Shown here: positions 23,797 through 36,722 of the stretch, in pieces
How the letters are laid out: each line of letters begins with the position of its first letter
Position numbering within the stretch: the first letter of the stretch is position 1
Origin: Scyliorhinus canicula
Taxonomy: Eukaryota
DNA length: 64,000 nucleotides
NCBI RefSeq assembly: GCF_902713615.1
Contig: NW_024055458.1
Span: 544,655 to 608,654 of the forward strand
Reading direction: 5' to 3'
Made by a program: the position numbers and the translations under genes
The notes under the pieces: generated by a model
The model's input: the letters and a program-made list of their open reading frames with translations, nothing else
Databases searched by the model: none
What the model was told of the DNA's origin: nothing

Positions 23797-23976
23797 TAGG
23801 AAGTCTTACAACACCAGGTTAAAGTCCAACTGGTTTGTTTCAAACACGAGCTTTCGGAGCACTACTCCTTCATCAGGTGAGAGCTCGTGTTTGAAACAAA
23901 CCTGTTGGACTTTAACCTGGTGTTATAAGACTTCTTACTGTGCTCACCCCAGTCCAACGCCGGCATCTCCACATCA
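23797..23976. mobile_element. 180-bp inverted Penelope pLTR mini-insertion with 12-bp TSD
   Basis: TGTTTACAAAAG at 23785-23796 and 23977-23988; the empty site (single copy) is present in the paralog at ~4462-4473. Confidence 0.9.
23845..23879 (-). ncRNA. Minimal type I hammerhead ribozyme (intact core)
   Basis: On -: CAC CUGAUGA A GGAGU-AGU-GCUCC GAAA GCU C GUG; stem I CAC/GUG, palindromic stem III AGCU, H17=C. Confidence 0.75.
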
Positions 23977-24179
23977 TGTTTACAAAAGGGAAGAGGAAGC
24001 ATTCACAAAGCTTCCCACAGCTTGTGAACTCCGAAACATAACTTCAAGGCTGAAGTTTATCTTCAGAGATTGAAATGTTCTGGTACCTTTTCCAATTGTA
24101 CCAGTAAATTGTGATTCACACTGAAAGGTTTACTTTCACTCAGTAATTAGAATATTTCACTTTCTCAGCACAAACACTT

Positions 24180-25200
24180 TAGATCAAATATCAATTGTTC
24201 ACTTCTCTTGTAGCTGGTGTGTGGAGAAGATCATGTTCACTGTAGATCTGTCAGCACAGAAACCGCACTGTGCTTCTGGACAAACTCAGTCTGCAAGTAG
24301 ATGAATATTTTAAACATCACCCAAGTGAAGGTCTTCCCCTGACTCTAAGGAGTGAGATGTCCCTGTAGTTGATGCTGTCTCCTGTCACTGCTGTTTTTAT
24401 TGCGTCACACATGTTCCATGGACCAGTCTCACAGCCCAAAAGGGGAGGGCAGGAAGGTGGGTCAGTTGATGGGACTTTCTGTGTGTGAGCAGGTCAGCTG
24501 GAATTCCATCCTTGCCGGGCACCTTTCTGCTTGCTCAGCAATCAATGGCCTTTTCCAGCTCAAATGATGAGAATTCCTTGTCCAACTCAACCATGACAGG
24601 AAGCTGCAGGAGAGTCAAACAGAGATTGGGAGATGCCCGTCTCACAGGGGTACAGCTCACTGTTGTGTTCAACCCAGCTCCTCCTCACTCTCACCATGAC
24701 TGACACTGAGCACGCTCAGAGCACACACCCACACTGCACCTGCGCACTGGCCTCGTACATTCAATGATAGGGGACTTTCTTCAGCATGGGGGATTCTGGG
24801 TAACACAGCCGCCACAGAGCAATTAGTAAACAGGAAGATTCTTTCTCCCAGTCGGCAAAACAGAGGAGCCACAGTTAGGCAAGATGCCGGGCATGAAGCA
24901 CAAAGAGAGGTTTGGATACTTTATTTAATACAGAAGCACATTATTCTGATATCACTTAGACAAGGGCAGCCGGCAGGCTGATCTACAGTTTGTACAGTAT
25001 TTACAACACCTGGGACACGCTAAATCATCTCATCAAACCAGTGATAGGTTTGTTTACTGTTCATAATAGTGACTGGGTCACACTCATCATTTATGCAAAA
25101 TGCAACTCCCCAGGTTTTTTGACCCACTCCCTCAAGACCTGTTGTCGCTCCAAGGGTCTTGACATCTGCTTTGGTCTTTCTCCACCCATGTATGTTCAGC
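24180..25200 (-). mobile_element. RTE fragment, inverted paralog of 3260-4265
   Basis: ORF-track peptides at 25020-25220(-) and 24485-24703(+) are near-identical to those at 3235-3588(+) and 3672-3965(-). Confidence 0.8.
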
Positions 25201-25229
25201 TGTTTACAACAATTGTTCAATTACTTACA

Positions 25230-26410
25230 ACAATCTGAGGTCCCTATCTGCTTCAAGAAGACGACCAGCATCCCTGTACTGAAAAAAGTCAAGCAGCGAG
25301 CCTTAATGACTGTCGTCCAGTGGGTCTGACATCCATCATCATTCCCGTACCAGCCTCCCCGAACAGGCGCCGGAATGTGGCGACTAGGGGCTTTTCACAG
25401 TAACTTCATTGTAGCCTACTCGTGACAATAAGCGATTTTCATTTTTCATTTCATTTCATTTTTTCATCATGAAGTGCGTTGAAAGGTTAGTCATGGCACA
25501 AATCAACTCCAGCCTCCCAGATTGCCTAGATCTACTACAGTTTGCCCACCGCTGCAACGGGTCCACAGCAGACGCCATCTCCATGGACCTGCACTCTACC
25601 CTGGAACACCTAGATAACAAAGACACCTATGTCAGACTCCTATTTATCGAATACAGCTCAGCCTTCAACACCATCATTCCTACGAAACTCGTCTCCAAAC
25701 TCCGTGGCCTTGGCCTCAGCTCCTTCCTCTGCGACTGGATCCTGAACTTTCTAACCCACAGACCAGAATCAGTAAAGATACGCAACAAAACCTCCTCCAC
25801 GATCATCCTCAGCACCGGTGCCAGACAAAGCTGTGTCCTCATCCCCCTACTACACTCTTTATACACCTATGATTATGGCCAAATTCCCCTCCAACTCAAT
25901 TTTCAAATTTGCTGATGACACCATCGAAGTGGGTTGGATTTCAAACATAGGAATGAGATATAGAATCAGGTGAATTGGTGCGATTACAATAATCTCTCCC
26001 TCAATGTCAACAAAATAAAGGAAATTATCATCTACTTTAGGAAGTGTAGTGGAGAACATTCCCGTGTCCACATCAATGGGAACGAAGTAGAAAGGGTCGA
26101 GAGCTTCAAGGTTTTAGATGTACAGATCACCAACAGCCTGTCCTGGTCTCCCCCATGCCGACGCTATAGTTAGGAAAGCCCACCAACGACTCTACTTTCT
26201 AAAAAGACTGAAGAAATTTGTCATGTCAGCTACGCCCCTAACCAACTTCTACAGATGCACCATAGAAAGCATTCTTTCTGGTTATATCACAGCTTGGTAT
26301 GGAGCCTGCTCTGCCCAAGACCGCAGGAAACTACAAAAGGTCGTGAATGTAGCCCAGTCCATCACGCAAACCAGCCTCCCATCCACTGACTCTATCTATA
26401 ATTCCCGCTA
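25230..26410 (+). mobile_element. Rex1/Babar-like LINE RT fragment with a SINE inserted at ~25345-25460
   Basis: [65 protein letters not shown]; frameshifted. Confidence 0.8.
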
Positions 26411-26945
26411 CTCTCGAATGGAGATCAACTCACCCCTAACCACTGCCTTCAGCGCCTCCCAGACCATCCCCACTCGGACCTCCCCGTTGTCATTGGCCTC
26501 CAGGTACCTCTCGATACATCCTCGAACCCGCTCGCCCACCTCCACGAGGTCCACCCAATGTGGGGCATGGTCAGAGATGGCTATCGCTGAGTACTCAGCA
26601 TCCTCCACTCTCGCAATCAGCGCACTACTCATAACGAAAAAATCAATCTGGGAATAGGCCTTGTGCACGAGAGAAGTATGAAAATTTCCTGGCCCTCGGC
26701 CTCGCAAACCTCCATGGATCCACCCCTCCCATCTGGTCCATAAACTCCCTTAACACCTTAGCTGCCGCTGGCCTCCTACCCATCCTGGATCTGGATTGAC
26801 CTAGTGCCGGAGCCAGCACCATGATAAAATCCCCCCCCCCCCCCCCCCATTATTAGGCCCCCCGCCTCCAAATCTGGAATCCGGCCCAACATGCACCGCA
26901 TGAAACCAGCATCGTCCCAATTCGGGGTGTACACATTGACTAGCA
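26410..26945 (-). mobile_element. L1 endonuclease fragment
   Basis: NVYTPNWDDAGFMR..., YSQIDFFVMS...AISDHAPHW; same family as the L1 at 19053. Confidence 0.8.
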
Positions 26946-27429
26946 TTGAATTGCAAACATGACTGACCAAGAAAAGAAAGCGTTTCACTGGGTAACAGAA
27001 ATCTCATGAATCTTTACTGAGTTTGACCACAGTCAGCCTTTGAACAAAGTCAAATATGGTTAAATGGAAGTGAATTGAGAATTATGTGTTGCTTATATTT
27101 GACCCCTCTGTGTTTTGGTTTAAAACATTCTGCAGCCTAAATACCATTCATGTATAAGAAAGGAGGGGTGACAGCAAATCCGCACTGAGCCTGGATTCCC
27201 ACATCTCCTTGAGTGGCTTTTCCTGTTTCTCTATCATTAAGGCCAAATTTTTCAAAAAGGTGGCCCAGTTAAATCTCTGCTATTTCCTCGAATTCAGTTG
27301 CAGTATCGTTTGTATCTGTCTATATGAACACACATTACCTGTCATGTATAGGCCAGGCTACGTAAGGAGAGCAGATTTCATGAAGGACATTTGTGAACCA
27401 GATGAGTTTTTACAACAATCAAGAATGTT

Positions 27430-27575
27430 ATCATCAGAATTTTAATTCGATACTGTTATTCAATTTCAGTTTCACCATGTGTCAAAGGCAGATTGGATCC
27501 CAGATCCCCAGAGCATTAACCTGGGTCTCTGGATTACTCGCCCATTAACAATATCATTACACCAATGCTTAGTCC
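27430..27575 (-). mobile_element. Deu-SINE (SacSINE1-like) head fragment
   Basis: Reverse complement resembles the head at 45545 (gtaatccagagacccagg..aatgctctgggg..ctggg). Confidence 0.5.
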
Positions 27576-27604
27576 ACATATTCTTGGCAGAATATGGTGT
27601 CTTG

Positions 27605-27902
27605 TGTTGTGTTCTGTGATCTTGTCTTGCAATGATTCTACAGAACAGCTGGTGAATTAGCCAAAACGATGATTTATTGATGTACATGTGGTAAGGTAAC
27701 GATCAGAATGCTATACAGACTATGTTATCACAGAGTTACATTGGACTCTCTTGGAACTACCCTTATGTGCGACTGGCCTCGTGTATGCCTGACAACCTTC
27801 TACTGGTAGCTGGATGTCACCTGACTGATGCCTGATGCCAACTACTGGTGGGAGGTCACACTGCTGAGTACATGCAATATTATATACAGGCTTATCACCA
27901 CA
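27605..27902 (-). mobile_element. Probable solo LTR
   Basis: On - it begins TGTGGTG, has an internal AATAAA and ends ...ACAACA; no clear TSD. Confidence 0.45.
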
Positions 27903-28244
27903 TCGCGTAACTTCTCAAAATTATCAAATAATTTATTTTTTCAAACAAATTGATAGCTCTGCAGTTTCTGAAAACATTTTGGTTGATCGTGTTATCTTTA
28001 GAAATAAAGATCTAGTCTTTGCAATATAATTACCTAACACACCAATTCATTATTCATAATCAATGTTTGCTACTGAATAAAGTTCAATTTAATTATTATT
28101 TTTTGCAATGAAATCAATACATAGTTAATATAGAAAAGGTACAGAAGGTGAAATGGCTGCAGAAAGGCACATGCTAGAGGTATAAAAGGGCTTCCTTGAC
28201 CTTATTACTAAGGCCAGTGAATACACTATGAAAACAACAATTTA

Positions 28245-28460
28245 CGGGCAGCAAGGTGGCACAATGGTTAACACTGTTGCCTCATGGCGACGAGGTCCTA
28301 GGTTCGATCCGGACCCTGGGTCACTGCCGTGTGGAGTTTGCACATTCTTCCCGTGGTTGTTTTGGTCTCACCCCCACAACCCAAAGATGTGCAGGGTAGG
28401 TGGATTGGCCACGCTAAATTATTCCTTAATTGGAAAAACTGAATTGTGTACTTGAAATTT
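28245..28460 (+). mobile_element. Short V-SINE
   Basis: gggcagcaaggtggcacaatggttaac head, B-box ggttcgatcc, V-domain. Confidence 0.8.
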
Positions 28461-29589
28461 TTTTTAATAATGAAAATAACAATTTTAAAACTAAATGTGA
28501 TTACACATGTGTACTTACAGCTTCCTACATTACAACAGTGAAAATGTTTCAAAATTACTCCATCGGCTTTAAAACACTTTAGGAGGCCCAGTGGGAGTGA
28601 GAGGTTTTATAGAAATGTACATTTGTACTAATTGTTGGCAAACGAGGATATATTACACTTGGTGTCCTCACCAATTTATTGATAAAGGCTGAGTCTTAAT
28701 TTTGTGTAATAACCACGTCATTTTGAATACTCTGTGAAACTCCAGACACACCATATGCACAATTATTTGTTGTAAAACACAGCGAGTTGTTGAGATTTGG
28801 AATACACTGTCCATAAATTGTGCTGGAATCTCTTTGGATTGTAACTTCCAAAAGGGAATTTGGTACATTCTGAAAAAGAAAACAAAACAGTCGAACTATG
28901 GGATTAAATGGGTCGCTGGCAAAGAGCTGGCACGGGAAAAATGGGCCAAATAGACTCCTCTGTGCTCTAGCAGCCTTGTGTACATGTAAAGGGGGTGGTA
29001 ACGACCTGGAACCTACTGCCTATGAGGGTAGGAGATGCAGAGATGACGGAAGGATTTCAATAGGAAATTAGACAAGCACTGAGAGAAATAAACCCACAGG
29101 GATTCGGGGAAAGAATGGGGCAATGGACAGACTGGCTTCCTCCACAGGGAGCCGACACGGTCCCAAAGGGCTGAATGGCTCCATTCCCCACCCTCCAGAT
29201 GCTGTGATCTCAGGAGATAAATTCAGCTGCTCCAGTCACTCCAACTAACTGGAGTCCCTCATCTCTGGTGCTATTCTTGTAAATGTCCTCTACACCCTCT
29301 CTAAGAACTTCCCATCTTTCCTAAAGTGTGAAGCCCATATATAGGGTTCCATTCAAGAGGGATAGAATTGAAAAGCACGGCGGAAATGTTACATTTGTTT
29401 AAAATGATGGTTCCACTACACTTGGAGCATTGTCAACATCAGAACATAAGAACTATGAGCAGGAGTAGGCCATCTGGCCCCTCGAGCCTGCTCCACCATT
29501 CAATGAGATCATGACAGTGACCTGGGGCCAGGATTGAACACTGGTCCTCAGCTCCGTCAGACTGCAGTGCTAAGGTGGGAAGGTGAGTT

Positions 29590-30465
29590 GTGAGGAGGTT
29601 TTAGAGATCTTTCAGAGTGATTTGGACAAGTTGAGTGAGTGGGCAAATGAATGGCAGATACAGTATAATTTGGAGAAATGCGTGGTTATCCAATTTGGTA
29701 GCAAAACGAGAAGGCAGGCTATTAACTGAATGGCCATAAATTAGGAGAGGGGAATGTGCAACAAGACCTGGGTATCCTTGTGCACCAGTCACTGAAGGAA
29801 AGCATACACCTACAGCAGGCAGTAAAGAAGGCAAATGCTATGCTAGCCTTCATTGCGAGCGGATTAGAGTACAGGAGCAGGAATATCTTGCTGCAAATAA
29901 ACAGGGCGTAAGCAAGGCCGTACCTGGAATATTGTGAGCAGTTTTGGTCTCCTTATCTGAGGAAGGATGTTCTTGCTCCAGAGGGAGTGCAGCGAAGATT
30001 TACCAGACTCATTCCTGGGATGGTGGGTCTGATGTCTGAGAGATTGAATCAGTTAGGATTGTATTCGCTGGAGTTCAGAATGGGATGGGGGGATCCCATA
30101 GAAACCTATAATATTCCAACAGGACTTGATAGGATAGATGCAGGAAAGATTTTCCCAATGGTGGGAGTGTACAGAACGAGAGGTCGCAGTCTGAGGATAC
30201 GGGGTGGACCATTTAGAGATGAGTAATTTCTTCATCCAGAGAGTGGTGAGCTTGTGGAATTTGTTACCACAGGAAATAGCTGACACCAATACATTGTGTG
30301 TTTTCAAGAAGCAGTTAGATTTCGCACTTAGAGTGAAGGGAATCAAAGGATGTAGAGAGGAAATCGGGATTAAGCTATTAAGTTGGATGATAAGCCATGA
30401 TCATAATGAATGGCAGAGCAAGCGCTAAGGGCCAAATGGTCTCATCCTGCTCCTAATTTCTATGT
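29590..30465 (+). mobile_element. CR1 LINE 3' fragment
   Basis: Degraded copy of the 35830-36720 region (..LDKLSEWA..WQ.., QRRFTRLIPGM, RVVSLWNLLP) with CR1 tail. Confidence 0.85.
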
Positions 30466-30535
30466 AATCCCTTCCCACACTGAGAGCAGGTGAACAGCTT
30501 CTCCCCAGTGTGAACTCGCTGGTGAGTCTGCAGGA
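30466..30535 (-). pseudogene. Isolated zinc-finger linker relic
   Basis: On -: [22 protein letters not shown]. Confidence 0.6.
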
Positions 30536-30539
30536 TAAG

Positions 30540-31445
30540 CTGGCACCCCTGATGGTAGAGATGTTGGGGAGGCGATAGGGAAGGGGGTGTTACCACAAAC
30601 CTTGGGGCAGGGATCGGTTTCCCTGTTGCTCAAAAAGCTAAGGATCCGATGGAGTGTGGGTCGTATAGGCCCATATCACTTTTAAAGGTGAACGCAAAGG
30701 TATTAGCGAAGGTACTGGTAGGTAGGCTGGAGAAATGCCTCTTGAAGGTGACAGGTGAAGATCAGATGGGGTTTGTGTGAGGGAGGGAGCTCTTTTCAAA
30801 CGTTAAGAGGGTATTGAACGTGGTTATGGCGCCGGCAGAGGGGAAGGAAACAGAGGTGGTTGTGGCAGTGGACGCCAAGCAAGCATTTGACCAATTAGAA
30901 TAGGGGCACTCGATAGCAGTTCTGGAGCGGTTTGGGATTGGTCCGCACAAAAACATCAACTCAAGATACTTTTCTCTCCACCATGGGACTAGGCTGAGAT
31001 GTCCTATGCCCGCCCGCCCCCCCCCCCCCCCCACCACACACCCTCCTCCCCCCCCCCCCCCCCCCCCACGCTGTTGCACTCGCGATTAAGCCATTGGCCA
31101 TTGCATTAAGACATTTGGGGTATGGAATGGGATAGTGCCGTGGGGGGGGGGGGGGGGGGGTGAATAGAGCACAGGGTGCCCTTGTCTGCCGATGACTTGT
31201 TATTATATGTGTCGGAACCGAGTGTGTCAGGAGGGGGAATATTGGAGCTGTTTCGGGTGTTTGGGTCTTTCTCAGGGACCAAATTAAATCTAGACAAGAG
31301 TGAGTATTTTCTGATGTTTCGGCAGGGGTGGGGGGGGGGGGGGGGGCTGCCATTCCGTACGGCAGGGATTCACTTTAGATATCTGGAGGTGCAGGTTGCT
31401 CAGGATTGGGGCGGGGGGGGGGGGGGGGGTCACTGGAGGGTTGGT
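30540..31445 (+). mobile_element. L1 RT fragments
   Basis: KDPMECGSYRPISLL, AKVL..RLEKCL, VAVDAKQAFD, SADDLLLYV; rearranged, with long G/C homopolymers. Confidence 0.75.
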
Positions 31446-31539
31446 TAAAATGAACATGTTGGTGTGATTTCTGTTTAGTTTCCAATGCCTGCCGATTTTC
31501 CTGCCAAAAGCATTTTTGGAGAGTTTTAAGGAATAATTT

Positions 31540-32285
31540 CCGACAAGTGGAAACATCTTCTCCATGTCCACTCTACCCAGGCCTCGCAGTATCCTGTAAG
31601 TTTTAATAAGATACCCCCATATCCTTCTAAACTCCAATGAGTACTGACCCAGAGTCATCAAACATTCTTCATTTGACAAGCTCATCATTCCAGGAATCAT
31701 TCCTGTGAACCTCCTCTGGACCCTTTCCAAGGCCAACACAGCCTTCCTTAGATACGGGGCCCAAAACTGCTCTTAATACTCCAAATGGGGTCTGATCAGA
31801 GCCTTATATAGCATCAGAAGTACATCCCTGGTCTTGTATTCTCACCTACTCAACCTGAATACCATTTGCCTTCCTAACTGCCGACTGAACCTGCACGTTA
31901 ACCTTTAAAAAAAAATTTAGAGTACCCAATTCATTTTTTCAATTAAGGGGAATTTTAGCGTGGCCAATCCACCTACCCTGCACACCGTTGGGTTGTGGGG
32001 GCGAAACCGACGCAAACACGGGGAGAATGTACAAACTCCACACGGACAGTGACCCTGAGCCAGGATCGAACCTGGGACCTTGGCGCTGTGAGGCTGAAGT
32101 GCACCTGCATGTTAACCTGAACAGAATCTTGAACAAGATCTCCCAAGTCCCTTTGTGCTTGTGATTTCCTCAGTATTTTCCCATTTAGAGAATAGTCTAT
32201 GCTTCCATTTCTCCTTCCAAAGTGCATAACCTCACACTTTTCCATATTGTATTCCATCTGCCACTTCTTTGCCCACTCTCCTAGC
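31540..32285 (-). mobile_element. CR1 fragment interrupted by a V-SINE (31905-32100, -)
   Basis: LALERVQRRFTGMIPG and MEYNMEKCEVMHFG on -. Confidence 0.8.
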
Positions 32286-32459
32286 CTTGCTCAGCATTGC
32301 TTCTTTTTCTAATCACTTTAAATGAATGCCCTTTGTTTATAATCTTGCCCTCAATATGACTTGCTAGATCAAACGTCTATTGCAGATTCTTCGTTTTAAT
32401 GTGGTCAAGTGCCTTTCCATTTGAGAACTGTTCAATAAAGTTATTAGAATTATTTGTAG

Positions 32460-32665
32460 CTAGGGCAGCACGTGGAACAGTGGTTAGCAGTGGGAAGTGG
32501 GACTACGGCGCTGAGGACTTGGTTCACTGTCCGTGTAGAGTTTGCACATTCTCCACGTGTCTGCATGGGTTTCACCCCCACAACCCAAAGATGTGCAGGT
32601 TCGGTGGATTGGCCAGGCTAAATTGCCCCTGAATTGGAAAAAAAATAATTGGGTACTCTGAATTT
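32460..32665 (+). mobile_element. Short V-SINE
   Basis: gggcagcacgtgg head, V-domain, AT tail. Confidence 0.75.
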
Positions 32666-32989
32666 ATTTCTTTTTAAAAAAGGATTATTTGTAGCTTCCC
32701 CACCAATCAGTTTTTTCCATTATCCTGAAGTGACTCTATTTTTATCGTGAGTTAACTGAAGTGTGTTCCTAACCTCTCATTACCTAAATTTCCATTTACC
32801 ACTTTTCTGTCCACCTGACCCAGTCCATGGCTTTCTCCCTCATTGTCTAAAACACATCAGCAACTTTTGTATAATCCTGGTGTGTACATTTCAGTCTAAA
32901 TCATTGATATATCCCGGAAAACAGTGCGGCCCCACTGGAAACAGACGTCCAGGCATCATCCAGTCCCGGATGTGACTAACAGCAGCAAC

Positions 32990-34428
32990 AATAGCTGAAT
33001 CCAAACCCTGCTGTTGCCTGTGAACCTGCTGATGCCTGTTCAGGTTGTTTGACTGAGTGAATCTCCTCCCAAGCACGGAGCAGTTAAACATCCTCTCCCC
33101 AGTACCGCTCCCACATGTAGGCTACACGGTAGCACAGTGGTTAGCACTGTTGCTTCAAAGCTCCAGGGTCCCAGAATTCCCAGCTTGGCTTACAGTCTGT
33201 GTGGAGTTTGCATGTTCTCCCCATGTCTGCGTGGGTTTCCTCCGGGTGCTGCAGTTTCCTCCCACAAGTCGAAAAATGTGTAGATTAGATGGATTGGCCA
33301 TGCTAAATTGCCCTTCATGTCCAAAAAGGTGAGGTGTGGTTATGGGTTAGGTTGGAGTTATGGGCTTAAGTAAGGTGCTCTTTCCAAGGGCCGGTGCACT
33401 CGATGGGCTGAATGCCCTCCTTCTGCACTGTAAATTCCATGATTCTGTTTCAGTGTGAACTCGCTGGTGTTTCAGCAGATGCTGTTCACTTTTAAATCTT
33501 TTTTCACAGTCAGAACATTTAAAAGGTTTCTGATCAATGTGAATAAGTTGGTGTGTAATCAGGTGGGATGACTGAATAATTTTCTTGTCACACACGGGGC
33601 AAGAGTAAGGTCTCTGCCCAGTGTGAACTCGCTGGTGTTCCAGGAGGTGGGATGACCGAGTGAATCCCTTCCCACACACGGAGCAGGTGAACGGCCTCTC
33701 CCCAGTGTAAGTACGTTGATGTGTCAGTAAATCATTTCTGCGTTTAAAGCTTTTTTCACAGTCAGCACATTTAAAAGGTCTCTGATCAGTATGAACAAGT
33801 TGGTGTCTCAGGAGGTCTGATGACTGAGTGAATCCCATCCCACACACGGGGCAGGTGAATGGTCTCTCCCCAGTGTGAGTGCGTTGGTGTCTCAGTAAAT
33901 CCTGTTTACTTTTAAAACTCTTCTCACAATCAGCACATTTAAAAGGTCGCTGATCAGAATGAACAAGCTGGTGTCTCAGGAGGAATGATGACTGAGTGAA
34001 TCCCTTCCCACACACGGAGCAGGTGAATGGCTTCTCTCCAGTGTGTTGGCGTTGATGCGCCCACAAATCCTTTCTGCGTTTAAAGCTCTTTTCACAGTCA
34101 GCACATTTAAACGGTCTCTGGTCGGAGTGAACCTGACGGTAATCCCGGAGGTTTGACGAAGCATTAAATCCCTTCCCACATTCCAAACAGGTGAATGGCC
34201 TCTCCCCAGTGTGAGTGCATTGATGTAACAGTAAACTATTTCTGCTTTAAAAGCTTTTTCCACAGTCAGCACATTTAAACGGTCTCTGATCAGTATGAAC
34301 AAGTTGGTGTATCAGGCGGTGGGATGACAGAGTGAATCCCTTCCCACACACGGAGCAGGTGAATGGCCTCTCCCCAGTGTGAATACGTTGATGTGTCAGT
34401 AAATCCTTTCTGCGTTTAAAGCTCTTTC
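32990..34428 (-). pseudogene. C2H2 ZNF pseudogene (~12-13 fingers), triply disrupted (ZNF-C)
   Basis: Cut by CR1 at ~34429; in-frame TAA at 34247-34249; no ATG (the 279-aa ORF starts at TTG); two His-to-Tyr fingers; HE1 SINE in the last TGERP linker; final finger relic TGERMFNCSVLGRRFTQSNNLNRHQQVH at ~33020-33103. Confidence 0.85.
33120..33445 (+). mobile_element. HE1 V-SINE inserted in ZNF-C
   Basis: Complete head, V-domain and HE1 tail, with ZNF sequence on both sides. Confidence 0.9.
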
Positions 34429-36722
34429 GGATGGAGTGATCACAATATGGTGGAATTTAAAATACAGCTGGAGGGTGAGAAAGTAAAATCAAATACTAGT
34501 GTTTTGTGTTTAAACAAAGGAGATTACAAGGGGCTGAGAGAAGAACTAGCTAAGGTAGACTGGGAGCTAAGACTTTATGGTGGAACAGTTGAGGAACAGT
34601 GGAGAACCTTCCAAGCAATTTTTCACAGTGCTCAGCAAAGGTTTATACCAACAAAAAGGAAGGACGGAAGAAAGAGGGAAAATCGACCGTGGATATCTAA
34701 GGAAATAAGGGAGAGTATCAAATTGAAGGAAAAAGCATATAAAGTGGCAAAGATTGCTGGGAGATTAGAGGACTGGGAAATCTTTAGGGGGCAACAGAAA
34801 GCTACTAAAAATGCTATAAAGAAGAGTATGAGAGTAAACTTGCTCAGAATATAAAAACAGACAGTAAACGTTTTTACAAATATATAAGACAAAAAAAAGT
34901 GGCTAAGGTAAATATTGGTCCTTTAGAGGATGAGAAGGGAGTTTTAATAATGGGAAATGAGGAAATGGCTGAGGAACTGAACAAGTTTTTTGGGTCGGTC
35001 TTCACAGTGGAAGACACAAATAACATGCCAGCGACTGTTAGAAATGAGGCTATGAAAGGTGAGGACCTTGAGAGGATTGTTATCACAAAGGAGGGAGTGA
35101 TGGGCAAGCTAATGGGGCTAAAGGTAGACAAGTCTCCTGACCCTGATGGAATGCATCCCAGAGTGCTAAAAGAGATGGCTAGGGAAATTGCAGATGCACT
35201 AGTGATAATGTACCTAAATTCACTAGACTCTGGGGTGGTCCCGGTGGATTGGAAATTAGCAAACGTAACGCCACTGTTTAAAAAAGGAGGTAGGCAGAAA
35301 GCAGGAAATTATAGGCCAGTGAGTTTAACTTCGGTAGTAGGGAAGATGCTGGAATCTATCATCAAGGAAGAAATTGCGAGGAATCTGGATAGAAATTGTC
35401 CCATTGGGCAGACGCAGCATGGGTTCATAAAGGGCAGGTCATGCCTAACTAATTAAGTGGAATTATTTGAGGACATTACCAGTGCAGTAGATAACGGGGA
35501 GCCGATGGATGTGGTATATCTGGATTTCCAGAAAGCCTTTGACAAGGTGCCACACAAAAGGTTGCTGCATAAGATAAAGATGCATGGCATTAAGGGTAAA
35601 GTAGTAGCATGGATAGAGGATTGGTTAATTAATAGAAAGCAAAGGGTGGGGATTAATGGGTGTTTCTCTGGTTGGCAATCAGTATCTAGTTGTGTCCCTC
35701 AGGGATCCGTGTTGGGCCCACAATTGTTCACAATTTACATAGATGATTTGGAGTTGGGGACCAAGGGCAATGTGTCCAAGTTTGCAGATGACACTAAGAT
35801 GAGTGGTAAAGCGAAAAGTGCAGAGGATACTGGAAGTCTGCAGAGGGATTTGGATAGGTTAAGTGAATGGGCTAGGGTCTGGCAGATGGAATACAATGTT
35901 GACAAATGTGAGGTTATCCATTTTGGTAGGAATAACAGCAAACAGGATTATTATTTAAACGATAAAATATTAAAGCATGCCGCTGTTCAGAGAGACTTGG
36001 GTGTGCTAGTGCATGAGTCACAGAAGGTTGGTTTACAAGTGCAACAGGTGATTAAGAAGGCAAATGGAATTTTGTCCTTCATTGCTAGAGGGATGGTGTT
36101 TAAGACTAGGGAGGTTATGTTGCAATTGTATAAGGTGTTAGTGCGGCCACACCTGGAGTATTGTGTTCAGTTTTGGTCTCCTTACTTGAGAAAGGACGTA
36201 CTGGCGCTGGAGGGTGTGCAGAGGAGATTCACTAGGTTAATCCCAGAGCTGAAGGGGTTGGATTATGAGGAGAGGTTGAGTAGACTGGGACTGTACTCGT
36301 TGGAATTTAGAAGGATGAGGGGGGATCTTATAGAAACATTTAAAATTATGAAGGGAATAGCTAGGATAGATGCGGGCAGGTTGTTTCCACTGGCGGGTGA
36401 CAGCAGAACTAGGGGACATAGCCTCAAAATAAGGGGAAGTAGATTTAGGACTGAGTTTAGGAGGAACTTCTTCACCCAAAGGGTTGTGAATCTATGGAAT
36501 TCCTTGCCCAGTGAAGCAGTTGAGGCTCCTTCATTACATGTTTTTAAGGTAAAGATTGATAGTTTTTTGAAGAATAAAGGGATTAACGGTTATGGTGTTC
36601 GGGCCGGAAAGTGGAGCTGAGTCCACAAAAGATCAGCCACGATCTAATTGAATGGCGGAGCAGGCTGGAGGGGCCAGATGGCCTACTCCTGCTCCTAGTT
36701 CTTATGTTCTTATGTTCTTATG
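34429..36722 (+). mobile_element. CR1 LINE, 5'-truncated, relatively young
   Basis: Starts at the EN SDH motif; RT motifs NYRPVSLTS, YLDFQKAFDKVPH, VPQGSVLGP, KFADD; single nonsense at 35454-35456 and a frameshift near 34830; tail (TTCTTATG)3. Confidence 0.95.

Noticed and set aside
31015-31430. Long poly-C/poly-G tracts as a special element
   Set aside because: They sit at G-rich positions of degraded L1 sequence, and homopolymer lengths are unreliable in assemblies.
33347-34186. Functional 279-aa ZNF gene
   Set aside because: It starts at TTG in mid-finger behind a nonsense codon, ends in SINE sequence, and has lost its 5' part.
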